Positions 37,640-48,650 of a stretch of 64,000 nt of DNA are shown here, in pieces (the first letter of the stretch is position 1; each line of letters begins with the position of its first letter). Both the position numbers and the translations under genes were made by a program. This DNA is from Chloroflexota bacterium (GTDB lineage: Bacteria; Chloroflexota; UBA11872; VXOZ01), in assembly GCA_965221905.1 (NCBI GenBank), contig OZ244922.1, positions 2,656,001 through 2,720,000 of the forward strand. The letters run 5' to 3'. A model generated the notes under the pieces. It was given only the letters and a program-made list of their open reading frames with translations. It did not search any database and was not told the DNA's origin.

Positions 37640-37886
37640 CCCACATTACATTTGCAATCAAGGGTGTAGTAGCGTACGCTAGCGCCAACAAAACTAGCAG
37701 TAGGTGACTCGTCAAGCGAGCATCTTTGCAGGCGCCGAATTCGGATGAAGTTTCGCAGTCTCTTGAATATTGCGAGCGGCCAGCCTCTTCTCAACCTAGG
37801 TTGAGAGCAGATTAGAACTTCACACAGATCTTCGCTGAAATGAGAGCGGTGCCCAGGGCAAACGCATAACCTTAGGAGGATACGAT

Positions 37887-38915
37887 ATGGCAGACGTAAT
37901 GGGTGTGGGCTTGATTGGACCCGGGTGGGTCGCCAGCGAGCACATTCGCGCATTCAACAAAAATCCGCATACCCGCATGGTCGCAGTTTGCAGTCGTGAT
38001 CTAAGCCGTGCCCAGGGAGCCATCGACGAGTTCGATCTGGATGCCAAGCCTTATACCGACTATGAAAAGATGCTTGCTGATCCCGACGTTGACATAGTCT
38101 CCATATGCACGCCCAACTTTGCCCACGCCGAGCAGGGCGCATTGGCAGCGGAGGCAAACAAGCACCTTGTCATCGAGAAACCCATTGCCATCTCCGTGGA
38201 GCAACTCGACCGCTTGGTTACGGCGGTAAAGAAGGCCGGCGTTAAGAGTGTGGTCAGTTTCGTGCTGCGTTGGAATCCGCTGGTACAAACGCTCCACCAT
38301 CGGCGCGAGGCCGGCGACTTCGGACACATCGTCTATGCTGAAGCCGACTACATGCACGAAGTGGGTTATCTGCGTCCACCCGGTCACTGGGGTCGCTATC
38401 AGAAGAACGTGGGCAGTGCCATGCTCTCCGGCGGCAGCCACGCTATGGACTGCATTCGCTGGCTGACCGGCAAGAACGTCGAATCCGTTTCCGCCTACGC
38501 TACACCGGTGCGCTTGGAAGAGAAGGGGTTCGATTATCCCCTCACCACAGCAGCAGTGTTGCAGATGGAGGACGGCGTCGTTGGCCGAGTCACCGCCACC
38601 ATGGAACCCCACATGCCGTACGTCTTCCACATGTCGCTGCATGGTGATGAAGGCTCTGCCCGCAACAATCGATTTTACTCGTCAGCCTTCCCCGGAATCA
38701 CCGGCTTCATGGACATTCCCACCGTCATGCCGGACTCTGGAGACGTTGCCCATCACCCGTTCCAGGAAGAGATCGACCATATCGTTGATTGCATCCTGAA
38801 CGACGAAGACTCTTATGCCGATATTTTTGACTCCGTAAACACACATGAGGCATGTCTCGCTGCCGATATCTCCGCCGCGGAGGGTCGTCCCGTAGCATTG
38901 CCCCTTATCGGCTGA
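37887..38915 (+). CDS. Gfo/Idh/MocA family oxidoreductase
   Basis: GLIGPG, ICTPN..H, EKP, GSH..D; AGGAGG RBS. Confidence 0.9.
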   Translation: MADVMGVGLIGPGWVASEHIRAFNKNPHTRMVAVCSRDLSRAQGAIDEFDLDAKPYTDYEKMLADPDVDIVSICTPNFAHAEQGALAAEANKHLVIEKPIAISVEQLDRLVTAVKKAGVKSVVSFVLRWNPLVQTLHHRREAGDFGHIVYAEADYMHEVGYLRPPGHWGRYQKNVGSAMLSGGSHAMDCIRWLTGKNVESVSAYATPVRLEEKGFDYPLTTAAVLQMEDGVVGRVTATMEPHMPYVFHMSLHGDEGSARNNRFYSSAFPGITGFMDIPTVMPDSGDVAHHPFQEEIDHIVDCILNDEDSYADIFDSVNTHEACLAADISAAEGRPVALPLIG

Positions 38916-38939
38916 ACGTAGAACGGGCAAAATACCACT

Positions 38940-39773
38940 ATGCCGATTGTAGAGTCCCACGTTCATATCTGGACACAGCAAAAGGACTACCCGTTCTCAC
39001 CCACGTTGCCGGACGTGCCGGTGCCGGGCAGTGACGCCACCGCCGAGATGCTGCTTGCCGAGACAGGGCAAGCCGGTGTGGATCACGTGGTCTTGGTGCA
39101 GCCGAGCACCTACGGTTGGGACAATCGCTACCTCGCTGATAGCATTGCCCGCTACCCGCAGCAGCTTGCCGGCGTCTGCTTGGTGAATCCCCTCGACGAG
39201 AAGGCTCCGGAGCAACTGGACTACTGGGTCACAGAACGCGGCTTTCACGGGGTGCGGCTCCACGCGGTGCGGCCGGACAGTGCAGAATGGTTCACGACGA
39301 CGCAGACAGACCGCATCTGGCAGAAAGCCGCAGACCTCGGCATCCCTGTTTGCATCCTCATGGACCTAGACCATGCGCCTATGGTCGCAGAGATGGCGCG
39401 GCGTTTTCCCGGCGTGGACATCGTAGTCGATCACATGGGACGCATCGACGTCGCTGAACAGCCGCCCTATCCCAAGTTCAATGGCCTGCTTAAGTTAGCC
39501 GACCACCCGCGCACCTATGCCAAAGTCTCGGGCATGCTGCACTACAGTCAGGAGCCATACCCCTACGTAGATACGCATCCATTCTTCCGCATGGCTAAGG
39601 ATGCGTGGGGGCCGCAACGACTCATGTGGGGTACCGACTGGCCGATGCTGCTCGACAAAGCCGACTACCTCCCGCGCCTGACCGCCATCCGCGACGAGAT
39701 GCCGTTCTTCAGCAAAGCTGACCTCGAGTGGGTACTCGGCAAGACGGCCCTCAGACTCTGGCAGTTCGCCTAG
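38940..39773 (+). CDS. Amidohydrolase family protein (lactonase-like)
   Basis: SHVHIW, VLVQPS, GVRL, VVDHMG, KVSG, MWGTDWP. Confidence 0.88.
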   Translation: MPIVESHVHIWTQQKDYPFSPTLPDVPVPGSDATAEMLLAETGQAGVDHVVLVQPSTYGWDNRYLADSIARYPQQLAGVCLVNPLDEKAPEQLDYWVTERGFHGVRLHAVRPDSAEWFTTTQTDRIWQKAADLGIPVCILMDLDHAPMVAEMARRFPGVDIVVDHMGRIDVAEQPPYPKFNGLLKLADHPRTYAKVSGMLHYSQEPYPYVDTHPFFRMAKDAWGPQRLMWGTDWPMLLDKADYLPRLTAIRDEMPFFSKADLEWVLGKTALRLWQFA

Positions 39774-40217
39774 CGGCACTGCAATGTGGCCAGGACAGCG
39801 TTGCGCGTATTGCTGTGCGTCCGATAGTGAGACCCTGTCAGTGCCGTAGAATCCTTCATGGAGTCCCTTCAACCCAAATGGACCCGATCAGCACACGAAG
39901 CTAAGGAACTTCTCAACTCTCTCTTACAACTGTACCGCTCCCCTTCCCCCCATCAAGATGTCTTCCTACCATGTTGGCATGCCGGTATAGAGCGGTCCAT
40001 GGGCTTTCCCTATTCCATGGTCTCGAGACTATGGAGTGCAACGTCCGTACACCGCCAGGCGCTCCCACTGATGGGACATCAATCCATTAGCAGGCAGCCA
40101 TTCAATACCGCACCACTCTTGCGTAAGCACGTCAGTTTTGCAGACGCGCCAAAATGGTTTACCATGAAATAAGCATCATCCGTAAACCACCCAGCGGGAC
40201 AAGAAGAGGAACCACTC

Positions 40218-42089
40218 ATGCGCCGACGACTTAGGCAACTTGTAAATTCGCTGCTTATTGCAACGGTTCTTAGTCTGACACTCTCAGCCTTGCCGGTGGC
40301 TGCCCAAGAATCAATGGACCAGCCGATTACCGGCGGTCACTTCTATAAGCAAGCCAATGGCTTTGGCGGTACAGGCAGCCAGGGATTCTCGATTTGGGAC
40401 GGTCCGGATAGTCTTGCCTTCTATAGCAAGTTCCAGCAAGTTGGCGGCGTGGGCGGCATCGGCTATCCCGCCTCGAGGCGCTGGGAGCAGGACGGTTTCA
40501 TCTACCAGGTAACGCAGGGCGCGCTGCTCCAATACCATCCCGTCTTCAATACCGTTCTCCTCGGAAACACGTTCGAGATACTCGAGAAGGCCGGGCTGAA
40601 CGCCGCGCTCGCGGCAATTGGTATTCCCGAGTCCATCACCGATGACGGATCGGGTGGGGACTTTCAAAGGGCCAAAGAAATTCGGCTCAGCTGGCTGACG
40701 AATGACGCCATCAAGCAACGCTATTTGAGTGCAGGCGGCGAGAACGCAGCCATCGAACTCTACGGCCTTCCTATGTCGCAGCCCCAGCCATTTGGGCCGT
40801 TTATTACCCAACGCTTCCAGCGCATTGCGTTCCAGTACTGGACCCAGGATATCCCTGGAATTGCGCGTAAAGGCGACGTCACTACCATTCTCGGCGGCGA
40901 CTTGTTAAAGAAATTCGACCTGCTGCCGAGTGAGGCCAAGCTGCCGCACAGCATCGACGAGCGCCCGGCTCCTGTGAGCGGCGCAATCGGACAAGCGGCG
41001 GCCCCGCCGCCCGCGACCGGTTCGATGGTGCGTACCAGTCAGGCCGCGGACAAGCTACCGCAATACATCAACAACCTTGGCTACGGCATGCAAGCAGACC
41101 TCTTCTGGCTTTCCCCGGCGGACAAGAATCGCGCCTATCAGCTCATCAAGGACGCCGGCTTCACCTGGGTGAAGCAGCAGGTCCAGTGGGCGTCCATTGA
41201 GCCTGTAGAGAAGGGCGGCTTCGACTGGGCAGAGCTAGACCGTGTAGTGAATTCAGCTCATGATTCCGGACTCAACATTCTGCTCTCGGTAGCCAAAACC
41301 CCGAACTGGGCCTTGGCACCGGGCGTTGATCACGGCCCGCCGGCAAACCCAACAGACTTTGCTGACTTCTTACGTACGCTGGCTACGCGCTACCGAGGTA
41401 AAGTGCAAGCATATGAGATGTGGAATGAAGCCAATCTTGCCATCGAATGGAAGCCGGTGACACCAGCGCCGTTCGTCGCGTTGCTTAGAGAGGCGTATAC
41501 GGCGCTCAAGCTCGCCGATCCCAATGCCGTTGCTATCCTGGGTGCGCTCACACCCACGGGCGTAATCGACCCGAACATCGCCATAGACGACGCCGTATAC
41601 TTGCGGCAACTCGTGGCCTACAACAATGGTGAGGTTGCCAACTACTTTGACGTTCTCGGTGTCCACCCGGGCGGTTACAACCACCCACCCACAGATACGC
41701 CGCAGAACATTACACGGAACCAGTCTCGCGGCTTTAGCGGGCATCCGAGCTTCTTCTTCACCCGCTATGCCGAGTTGCACAACATCCTGGCCGCGGCCGG
41801 CATTAGCAAGGATGTGTGGTTTACCGAGTTCGGCTGGGCAGTGTCGGATCAGCCGGTTGCAGGCTATGAATACGCCGCGCATAATTCCGACCAAGACCAG
41901 GCAGACTACCTGGTGAGCTCATTCAATCTCGTCAAGCAGCGGCATCCGTACGTTGGCGTTATGATCGTGTGGAACTTGAACTTCCGCGTGACTAATTCCA
42001 AGACGCACGAGACCTGGGCGTTCGGCATACTCAATAGCGACTGGAGTCCGCGACCGGCCTACAACGCGCTTAGGAACATGCCGAAGTAA
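40218..42089 (+). CDS. Secreted clan GH-A glycoside hydrolase (GH5-like) with N-terminal cell-envelope domain
   Basis: Sec signal (PVAA-Q), two G.P.S...Q..Q/R repeats, WNEAN acid/base and WFTEFGW nucleophile, RPAY.AL end. Confidence 0.8.
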   Translation: MRRRLRQLVNSLLIATVLSLTLSALPVAAQESMDQPITGGHFYKQANGFGGTGSQGFSIWDGPDSLAFYSKFQQVGGVGGIGYPASRRWEQDGFIYQVTQGALLQYHPVFNTVLLGNTFEILEKAGLNAALAAIGIPESITDDGSGGDFQRAKEIRLSWLTNDAIKQRYLSAGGENAAIELYGLPMSQPQPFGPFITQRFQRIAFQYWTQDIPGIARKGDVTTILGGDLLKKFDLLPSEAKLPHSIDERPAPVSGAIGQAAAPPPATGSMVRTSQAADKLPQYINNLGYGMQADLFWLSPADKNRAYQLIKDAGFTWVKQQVQWASIEPVEKGGFDWAELDRVVNSAHDSGLNILLSVAKTPNWALAPGVDHGPPANPTDFADFLRTLATRYRGKVQAYEMWNEANLAIEWKPVTPAPFVALLREAYTALKLADPNAVAILGALTPTGVIDPNIAIDDAVYLRQLVAYNNGEVANYFDVLGVHPGGYNHPPTDTPQNITRNQSRGFSGHPSFFFTRYAELHNILAAAGISKDVWFTEFGWAVSDQPVAGYEYAAHNSDQDQADYLVSSFNLVKQRHPYVGVMIVWNLNFRVTNSKTHETWAFGILNSDWSPRPAYNALRNMPK

Positions 42090-42148
42090 TGTAGTTTAGC
42101 AGTCCGGACGCGCAGGCGAATTGCGCATTGCCCGCAGCGAAGAAGATT

Positions 42149-42198
42149 CAACGAGAGACCTACCTCCCGCACAATTAGCGGGGATAGGTCTCTCGTTG
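42149..42198. terminator. Long hairpin between convergent genes (probable bidirectional terminator)
   Basis: CAACGAGAGACCTA...TAGGTCTCTCGTTG 14-bp perfect outer stem. Confidence 0.7.
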
Positions 42199-42258
42199 CT
42201 TTGCGAAAGCTGAGCACCGATAGGTTATGCAAGCGACTGGCGCCGCAAAATACTGCGG

Positions 42259-43032
42259 TCAGCGGTTCATCACACGCTGCTCGAATGCGGTGACGACGGC
42301 CAGCAGTTCATCATCCAGCCGCAGCAGCACGGACTCGCGAATGTCCGCCGGCACGCCGCCAAAGTAAGGTTCTGCAATAGAGCCGGCAATGCAGGCAAGC
42401 GTATCGGCGTCTCCGCCCAGTGAAATGGCGTTGCGAACAGCGTCTTCAAAGTCGTTTGCCTCCAAGAAGGCCGTAATGGCTTGCGGTACCGTTTCCTGGC
42501 AAGACTCGTTGAACACATATGTGGGCCGTATTTCATCCAGTGTCTGCTGCAAATCGTAGCCAAGTGAAGCTTCCACAAACCGTTTTATTTCGCTCTTTTC
42601 GTGACCCGCCCGAGCCAAGAAAATAGCAGCGGCTGTGGCCTGCGCTCCACGCACGCCTTCGGGATGGTTGTGCGTAACCGCGGCGCTGCGCTCTGCCAAC
42701 GCCATTGCTTCATCGAGGCTTTCCGCAACGTAGGCCGCCGGACTTACCCGCATCGCGGCCCCATTGCCCCAACTGTTATAGGGCGCCCACGAATCAGACA
42801 TTGCCCAGTTATGAAAGGCGCCTCCGTATCCGGCGTCAGGATAACGCCGATAGTACAGTTTGAGCGTAACGGCATAGTCAAGCTCATGCAGCAATGCGTC
42901 AGCCAGCGCAATGGTGAGAACTGTATCGTCCGTGAAGAAACACCTGGGATCGATAAGTGGAAAGTCCTTCGTCTTGGTTGCGATAAATTCGTGGACCGAG
43001 CCGATAACGTCTCCCGCGATAGCGCCAATCAT
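42259..43032 (-). CDS. ADP-ribosylglycohydrolase family protein
   Basis: GAIAGD..GS..E, FTDDT, GNGAAMR, THNHPEG, GGDADT. Confidence 0.92.
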   Translation of the reverse strand: MIGAIAGDVIGSVHEFIATKTKDFPLIDPRCFFTDDTVLTIALADALLHELDYAVTLKLYYRRYPDAGYGGAFHNWAMSDSWAPYNSWGNGAAMRVSPAAYVAESLDEAMALAERSAAVTHNHPEGVRGAQATAAAIFLARAGHEKSEIKRFVEASLGYDLQQTLDEIRPTYVFNESCQETVPQAITAFLEANDFEDAVRNAISLGGDADTLACIAGSIAEPYFGGVPADIRESVLLRLDDELLAVVTAFEQRVMNR

Positions 43033-43049
43033 TGCTCGCCTCCCAGTCT

Positions 43050-43925
43050 TCAGCGCGCGTTGATGAAAACGATAGAAAACAATGCAAGAACGATGCCGGT
43101 TGCCGTCAGACGCCCAAACCGTTCGCCAAAGAGCACCATGCCGCCGAGCAAGGTCGTCGCCAGGCCTATAGTCGCCGAGAGCGGGAAGACTATTGTACCG
43201 GGGAGGACCTCCAGCGCACGCAAGAGCATAGCGATCTGAAAGAGGTTCGTTGCGCCCATCATCACTCCCAAACCGACATTATGCCGCAGCGAGGCGGTCC
43301 GCCAGTCCGGCAAACGAAAGCGCTTGCGAAGAGGCCAAACAAACGCGGATCCCAGAGTGGCCGCAACGAATACTGAGGCCGTGTACAGCGGCTGGTAATC
43401 GGGGGTGCTCCACACAGAGAACGCCTTTGCCGCTGTTAGTCCCGCCCCCGAAAGAAGCAGCGCCGCCAGCAGCACTCCCCATGTCCGAAACGAGTGCCCA
43501 CGGCTGCTGCGGGTTGCCTGGTGCGCGTCCGCGCCCAACAACGGCAGCGCAACAAACGCGAGCGCCAGACCAACAACCTGCAGTACGGCCGGCTGTTCCC
43601 CCCACAAGAAGATCGATGCCAGCGTTGGCAACGCCACTGAGAGACGAATGATGCCGAAAGTAATGCCGATACCGACGAGCTCGACTACCGTAAACAGCAC
43701 AACCAGGCTGATCTGGTACTGAAGTCCGTTGATTGCCCCCAGAATGATAACTGCCGGATCGAGGGCAGGAATTCCGTTCAACACCAACCAGCCAACCGCA
43801 AAGACTGACGCTATTGCATAGTTAATGGTCCCTACGGTTAGATAGTGGTATTGTCTGCCCCGTGCCATGCGCAGCGACATGGCAAACACGAAGTTGCCGA
43901 AGACTTGACCGGCAATATATATCAT
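43050..43925 (-). CDS. DMT/EamA-like transporter
   Basis: About ten TM helices in two repeats, LWGE / LFGE motifs. Confidence 0.75.
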   Translation of the reverse strand: MIYIAGQVFGNFVFAMSLRMARGRQYHYLTVGTINYAIASVFAVGWLVLNGIPALDPAVIILGAINGLQYQISLVVLFTVVELVGIGITFGIIRLSVALPTLASIFLWGEQPAVLQVVGLALAFVALPLLGADAHQATRSSRGHSFRTWGVLLAALLLSGAGLTAAKAFSVWSTPDYQPLYTASVFVAATLGSAFVWPLRKRFRLPDWRTASLRHNVGLGVMMGATNLFQIAMLLRALEVLPGTIVFPLSATIGLATTLLGGMVLFGERFGRLTATGIVLALFSIVFINAR

Positions 43926-44965
43926 GCCGGCCTAAAGAGGGCAGGCTGGACCGGCCTGCCGGTCTGCCAGGATTCGATCGCGGCGAGCGCCACGGCCACC
44001 GTGTTTGCGCCTTCCCACACATTGGTGAGAGGAGTCCGGTTGTGGGCAACGCACTGGTACACGTGATCGACGACGGCGGCTATCGGTTTGCCGCCGGGTG
44101 GTTGAAACGGCACGGGCCACGCTTCTTCACCAAACTCGTGCCCTTCCGAAGTGCGAAAGTGCTTATCTTGATCATGCCGGCCGCGGGCCCGCTCGATCGT
44201 GCCGTTCGTACCGAAGAGCACCAAATTGTGCATGGTCGAGCGCACGAGACCATACGAGGTGGTGCATTTCCCCACAGCGCCATTTGCAAAGTGCAAGGTC
44301 GCTATCATGCAATCCGGGAACGGGAAGTCCGGCAAAGCACGCTGCGCAGCCTCGCAGTGTACCCGGTCGACCTCGCCCACCAGCCAACGCAACATGTCCA
44401 AGGAGTGGGAACCGCCGCCAAGGATCGGATAGTGGGAGTGTTCGGTTGAACCACGCCACACCGTGCGTTCGCGAATGAGACGTGCGGTGTTATGGAGATA
44501 GTCTGCCTCGGCATAGTAGATCTCCCCTAAACCCCCGTCTGCCAGGTGCTCCTTTATCGACTGATAGTACGGGAAGAATCTCAATACCTGGTCAACTGCG
44601 AGCAGCTTGCCGGTCTGCTCGACAGCGCGAATCATTGCCTCGCACTCTTGGAGCGAAATACACATCGGCTTCTCCACGATGACGTGTTTCCCGGCATGCA
44701 TAGCCTCGATCGCCATTGAAGCGTGCAGCGCGTGAGGAGTCGCAATCACCAGGAGATCAATGCTGGGGTGAGCCACGATTTCAGCAAAGTTTTCGTAACA
44801 TCGGAGATTCGCATGCTCTTGACTGACGGCTGCCAGCACGTCCGGCTCTTTGGCACAGACCGCAGCTACTGTGGTATTGGGGTGAGCGGCAAATGCCTCG
44901 ACAAATCTCCGACCCACTCCCAACCCAACGACTCCCACGTGTAATTCGGGAAGACTTGAACCCAT
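43922..44965 (-). CDS. Gfo/Idh/MocA family oxidoreductase
   Basis: VGVVGLG.G, IATPH..H, VEKPM, GGSHSLD. Confidence 0.9.
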   Translation of the reverse strand: MGSSLPELHVGVVGLGVGRRFVEAFAAHPNTTVAAVCAKEPDVLAAVSQEHANLRCYENFAEIVAHPSIDLLVIATPHALHASMAIEAMHAGKHVIVEKPMCISLQECEAMIRAVEQTGKLLAVDQVLRFFPYYQSIKEHLADGGLGEIYYAEADYLHNTARLIRERTVWRGSTEHSHYPILGGGSHSLDMLRWLVGEVDRVHCEAAQRALPDFPFPDCMIATLHFANGAVGKCTTSYGLVRSTMHNLVLFGTNGTIERARGRHDQDKHFRTSEGHEFGEEAWPVPFQPPGGKPIAAVVDHVYQCVAHNRTPLTNVWEGANTVAVALAAIESWQTGRPVQPALFRPA

Positions 44966-45197
44966 GAAACCTGCCTTTCTCATGCCACGCAGATGAGGAT
45001 GCGCGCCCCTGCGTCCGAGCGCAGCGTAATTCATTTTATCGCATTCCATGCAAGTGCACGTATGCACTGCAAGATCAATAGTGGGATACGGGAAAGTCCC
45101 TTTGCACTGAACACTTCACAGGATCGAATGCACTACAGGCTTTCGTAGTAATATATGGCTAAAGCCAGACCGTGTGCGTAAGGGAAGAGTCCTCAAG

Positions 45198-46820
45198 ATG
45201 GCTTTCGATGTAATATTCTCAGTCGGGTTGCTAATCGTTGTCGCCAAGCTCTTGGAAGGAGTGCTCCGGCGATTTCGGCTTAGTTCGATCGTGGCCTATA
45301 CGGTTGCGGGCATAGCGTTGGGTCCCGTTGCCGGCTTGATTGAGCCTACTCAAGAATTGCAGGTGCTGCTCGGCATCGGCATCTTCCTATTCTTCTTCCT
45401 CATCGGTCTCGATGAGATTGACATCTCCGGCTTTATAGCCACTATCCGGGGTCGCTTCTTTGTGGCTGCGACCTTGTCGGTGCTGATCTCCCTCTTGTTG
45501 GCCCTCAGTGTGACTTCCGATATCTTCTTCGATTTTGGGCTGGGCCTGAACTTTACCGAAGCCCTGGCATTGTCGGGAATATTCTCGCTGTCCAGCCTTG
45601 GCTTGGTGAGCAAAGTTCTTGCTGACGAAGGTCATCTGCGCAAGCCCATTGGTATCCAAATTTTCGTCACTGTTTTGATCGCGGAGTTGATTGCCTTGTT
45701 GGTGGTGGGTTTCACCATTGGCGAGCATGTGACGGATTTAAACCTATTTAGCATCCTCATACTATTGGCAAAGATCGTCGGCTTCACACTTGTGACGTGG
45801 GTACTGTCCAGTCGCGTAGTCCCTCCCTTAATTATGCTCTTGAAGCGCTCTCTCCATGTGCCTCAGCTCTCGTTTGGCTTGCTCATCGGCGGGCTCTTTG
45901 TGGTGGTTGGTATCTCCGAAGCCGTGGGCGCTCACGGCTCGCTCGGTGCTTTGCTTTTTGGCGCCGCGCTATCGGGCCTGCCATACCAACTGCGTCAGGA
46001 AATCGTGCCGGGCATGCGGAGCGCTGCCGAGGGCTTGTTTGTGCCCCTCTTCTTTGCCTCGGCGGGGCTGCATCTCAGCCTCTCCTTCACGGAGTTGCCT
46101 GTAGCGACGATTTTGGCGTTAGTTAGTATTCCGCTCGTCGGGAAGTTCGCCGGCTCCTTGGTCGGCGCCTTTGTTTCGCGGCTGGAAATGCCGTTCGCTC
46201 TGGCCACAGGGCTGATGGCAAAGGGCGTAGCAGAAATTGCGTTGCTCTTGGTGCTGTTGGAAACGGGCACAATTGGGGATGATGTCTTTTCCCTCCTCGT
46301 GCTGATCATGTTTGCGTATATCTTGCTGGCGCCGACGGTCATCAACTACGCGGTAATTCGCGCAAAACCGTCAGAGCACACAACACTGCCAGGCTCGATA
46401 CCGGCATCCCTGGCGCGCTTTGCTCTCGACGACATCACCGTAATTGACATACTCGACCGCACCCGCAGCTATCCAAACCCAAATTTGTCTGTGCGGAAGT
46501 TTGTCGATCAATGGATCATTCCCCAGCAGCACGACTACTTGATTGTGGAAAATGGTACTGTCTCCGGGATCGTCTCATTGGGCATGCTGCGTTACTTGCC
46601 TAAAGATGCATGGTCCTCTACCCAGTTGGGGAGCGTCGTACGTCGCAAGACACCGCTGGCCCGGCCCGACGAGCCGGTGGAAGACGTGCTCCAACGGATG
46701 ACGGAGAGCACTCTAACGGTCATGCCGGTGGTTGAAGAGGAAAGTGAAGAGTTTCTGGGAATGGTTACCAGCCAGGATGTTCTGGATCTCATTACGCTGG
46801 AAGCCCGTGGAGCGCACTAG
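45198..46820 (+). CDS. CPA2 cation:proton antiporter with C-terminal CBS domains
   Basis: Many TM helices, G..LGP, LFVPLFF..G, KFAG, KGVAE; C-terminal GIVSL and MPVV..LGMVT..D CBS motifs. Confidence 0.85.
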   Translation: MAFDVIFSVGLLIVVAKLLEGVLRRFRLSSIVAYTVAGIALGPVAGLIEPTQELQVLLGIGIFLFFFLIGLDEIDISGFIATIRGRFFVAATLSVLISLLLALSVTSDIFFDFGLGLNFTEALALSGIFSLSSLGLVSKVLADEGHLRKPIGIQIFVTVLIAELIALLVVGFTIGEHVTDLNLFSILILLAKIVGFTLVTWVLSSRVVPPLIMLLKRSLHVPQLSFGLLIGGLFVVVGISEAVGAHGSLGALLFGAALSGLPYQLRQEIVPGMRSAAEGLFVPLFFASAGLHLSLSFTELPVATILALVSIPLVGKFAGSLVGAFVSRLEMPFALATGLMAKGVAEIALLLVLLETGTIGDDVFSLLVLIMFAYILLAPTVINYAVIRAKPSEHTTLPGSIPASLARFALDDITVIDILDRTRSYPNPNLSVRKFVDQWIIPQQHDYLIVENGTVSGIVSLGMLRYLPKDAWSSTQLGSVVRRKTPLARPDEPVEDVLQRMTESTLTVMPVVEEESEEFLGMVTSQDVLDLITLEARGAH

Positions 46821-46886
46821 CAACCGGCTTCCCAAACCCTCGGGCAAGGGCGTCGCCCATTCATCCTCTGCCAGCGAGGGAAGACC

Positions 46887-47138
46887 GTGACGCGGACTGC
46901 GTCAGGCATGCAAGAACCGGTCGGCATCGAAGTGATTGGCCTCGGCCCCTGGGGCGAACTGCACCTGGTGGGGTACGATGCCCTCCCTCACGCTACGATC
47001 ACATTTGCAACGTGCGGGCAGACCGGCACACCACCTGCAATCATCACCCCCGCAGACGCCTACCGGGGTCTGCAGATAACTCCCGCCATAGTCGAATCTG
47101 CTACCATGGAGCGAGATGTGACGGTAGACTTAGCATGA
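46887..47138 (+). pseudogene. Probable Gfo/Idh/MocA N-terminal fragment
   Basis: PVGIEVIGLGPWGELHL..Y.ALP resembles a Rossmann start, then similarity is lost. Confidence 0.4.
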
Positions 47139-47160
47139 AGCGACAGGGAACAGGACTTCT

Positions 47161-48339
47161 ATGAGCGTCGTCGACGAAACCCGCATTCAAGAATCTGCGG
47201 AGCTGCTATCCGCGCTCGTGCGCATTCCGAGCATGAATCCAGCCTTTATGGCCGATGGCTCGGGTGGCGAGAGCGGGCTTGCCGATTTCGTGGAATCCCA
47301 GCTACAAGACCTCGGCCTGGAGACGCAGCAACACGAAGTGCTGCCGGGTCGGTCAAACGTCTTCGGCCGCCTGCGCGTGCCAAACTCCAAGGGTCTCCTG
47401 CTCTTCGAGTGCCACATGGATACGGTGGGCGTTGACACGTGGGGGCCGGCAGCCTTGGAACCACGGTTGGAGGGCACCACGCTGCACGGCCGCGGCTCCT
47501 GCGACGCAAAGGGGTGTCTTGCCGGTATGCTGCTCGCTATTCGCGAATTGGCGCAGCACCGTGAAGAACTCGCGGTGGATATTGGACTGCTGGGCGTCGT
47601 GGATGAGGAGTACCGCTTTCGCGGCATCGTCGGCTTCATAGAGCAAGAGATTCAAGCGACTGCAGCCGTAATCGGCGAACCAACCAGACTTGAGCTGGTG
47701 ACCGCCACGAAAGGGGCCGTACGCTTTACGCTGGAGACCAAGGGCAGGCCCGCCCACAGCAGCCAGCCTGAAAGGGGTAACAACGCCATCTACCAAATGG
47801 TCGACGTCATTCAGCACCTGCGCGAGACGTTGGACCCGCGCTTCGCGGCGCGCTCGCATCCGCTGGTGGGATATCCCACCTGGGCCATCGGCATCATCCA
47901 CGGCGGCCACGCCGCCAACGTCATACCGGAGACCTGCCAGGTGGTGGTCGACCGTCGCATCATTCCGGGCGAGACCTCAGAGGGGGCAATCCGGGAATTC
48001 GAAGAGGCCATGGAGCAACTTGCAGAGACCAAGTCCGACATGCATCCCAGTGTCGCATCGCGCGACCTCGGTGACTGGCCCCTTGATACCGCGAAAGACG
48101 AAGAGATCGTGCAAGCAGCCATGCGCGCCCTGCAAGCCCACAATCTCCCGCCGGAGCCGCAGGGAGTGACCTACGGCACGGACGCGAGCAAGCTCCAGGT
48201 GAAGAGCAACGTGCCCTGCATCGTTTACGGTCCCGGTGATATCGCCTACGCCCATACCGATCACGAACGCGTCGACCTCACTGAAGTCGCCCAAAGCGCA
48301 GAAATCTACGCCCAAATCGCCCGTGAGTTCAAGCCCTAG
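47161..48339 (+). CDS. M20 family metallopeptidase/deacetylase (ArgE/DapE-like)
   Basis: HMDTV, GRGSCDAKG, DEE, GEPT, AHSS.P..G.NAI, GTDA, GPG...AH. Confidence 0.92.
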   Translation: MSVVDETRIQESAELLSALVRIPSMNPAFMADGSGGESGLADFVESQLQDLGLETQQHEVLPGRSNVFGRLRVPNSKGLLLFECHMDTVGVDTWGPAALEPRLEGTTLHGRGSCDAKGCLAGMLLAIRELAQHREELAVDIGLLGVVDEEYRFRGIVGFIEQEIQATAAVIGEPTRLELVTATKGAVRFTLETKGRPAHSSQPERGNNAIYQMVDVIQHLRETLDPRFAARSHPLVGYPTWAIGIIHGGHAANVIPETCQVVVDRRIIPGETSEGAIREFEEAMEQLAETKSDMHPSVASRDLGDWPLDTAKDEEIVQAAMRALQAHNLPPEPQGVTYGTDASKLQVKSNVPCIVYGPGDIAYAHTDHERVDLTEVAQSAEIYAQIAREFKP

Positions 48340-48506
48340 CGTTCCTTGGCACAAGAGGAATGTGGCAGTCGCACTTGGACCGCTTCTCGCTAGCCAAGGT
48401 GCAGAATTCCGTCATTCCCTGGCAAGAACACTATCCACTATCAGCGTGATTTCACTTGACTCTCAACACAGATACTCCCGCTTGCGCGGGAATGCATCTT
48501 CTGCTT

Positions 48507-48573
48507 TCTTGCTGCAAAACTCTTAGAGTACGGAGCAGCCTAGGTTGACCGCGGAGGCCACGCTGTCGCCGCG
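48507..48573 (-). pseudogene. 3' remnant of an eighth solute-binding protein paralog
   Basis: Minus strand reads RGDSVASAVNLGCSVL*EF, matching paralog C-termini (RGDDVASAVNQGCSTLYE). Confidence 0.75.
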
Positions 48574-48650
48574 CTACGGTTGGCGAAATGTCTGGATAGT
48601 GTCGACAACGAAAATTAGCCAAGGAATCACGTCTACTCCCGTGCCGGTCC

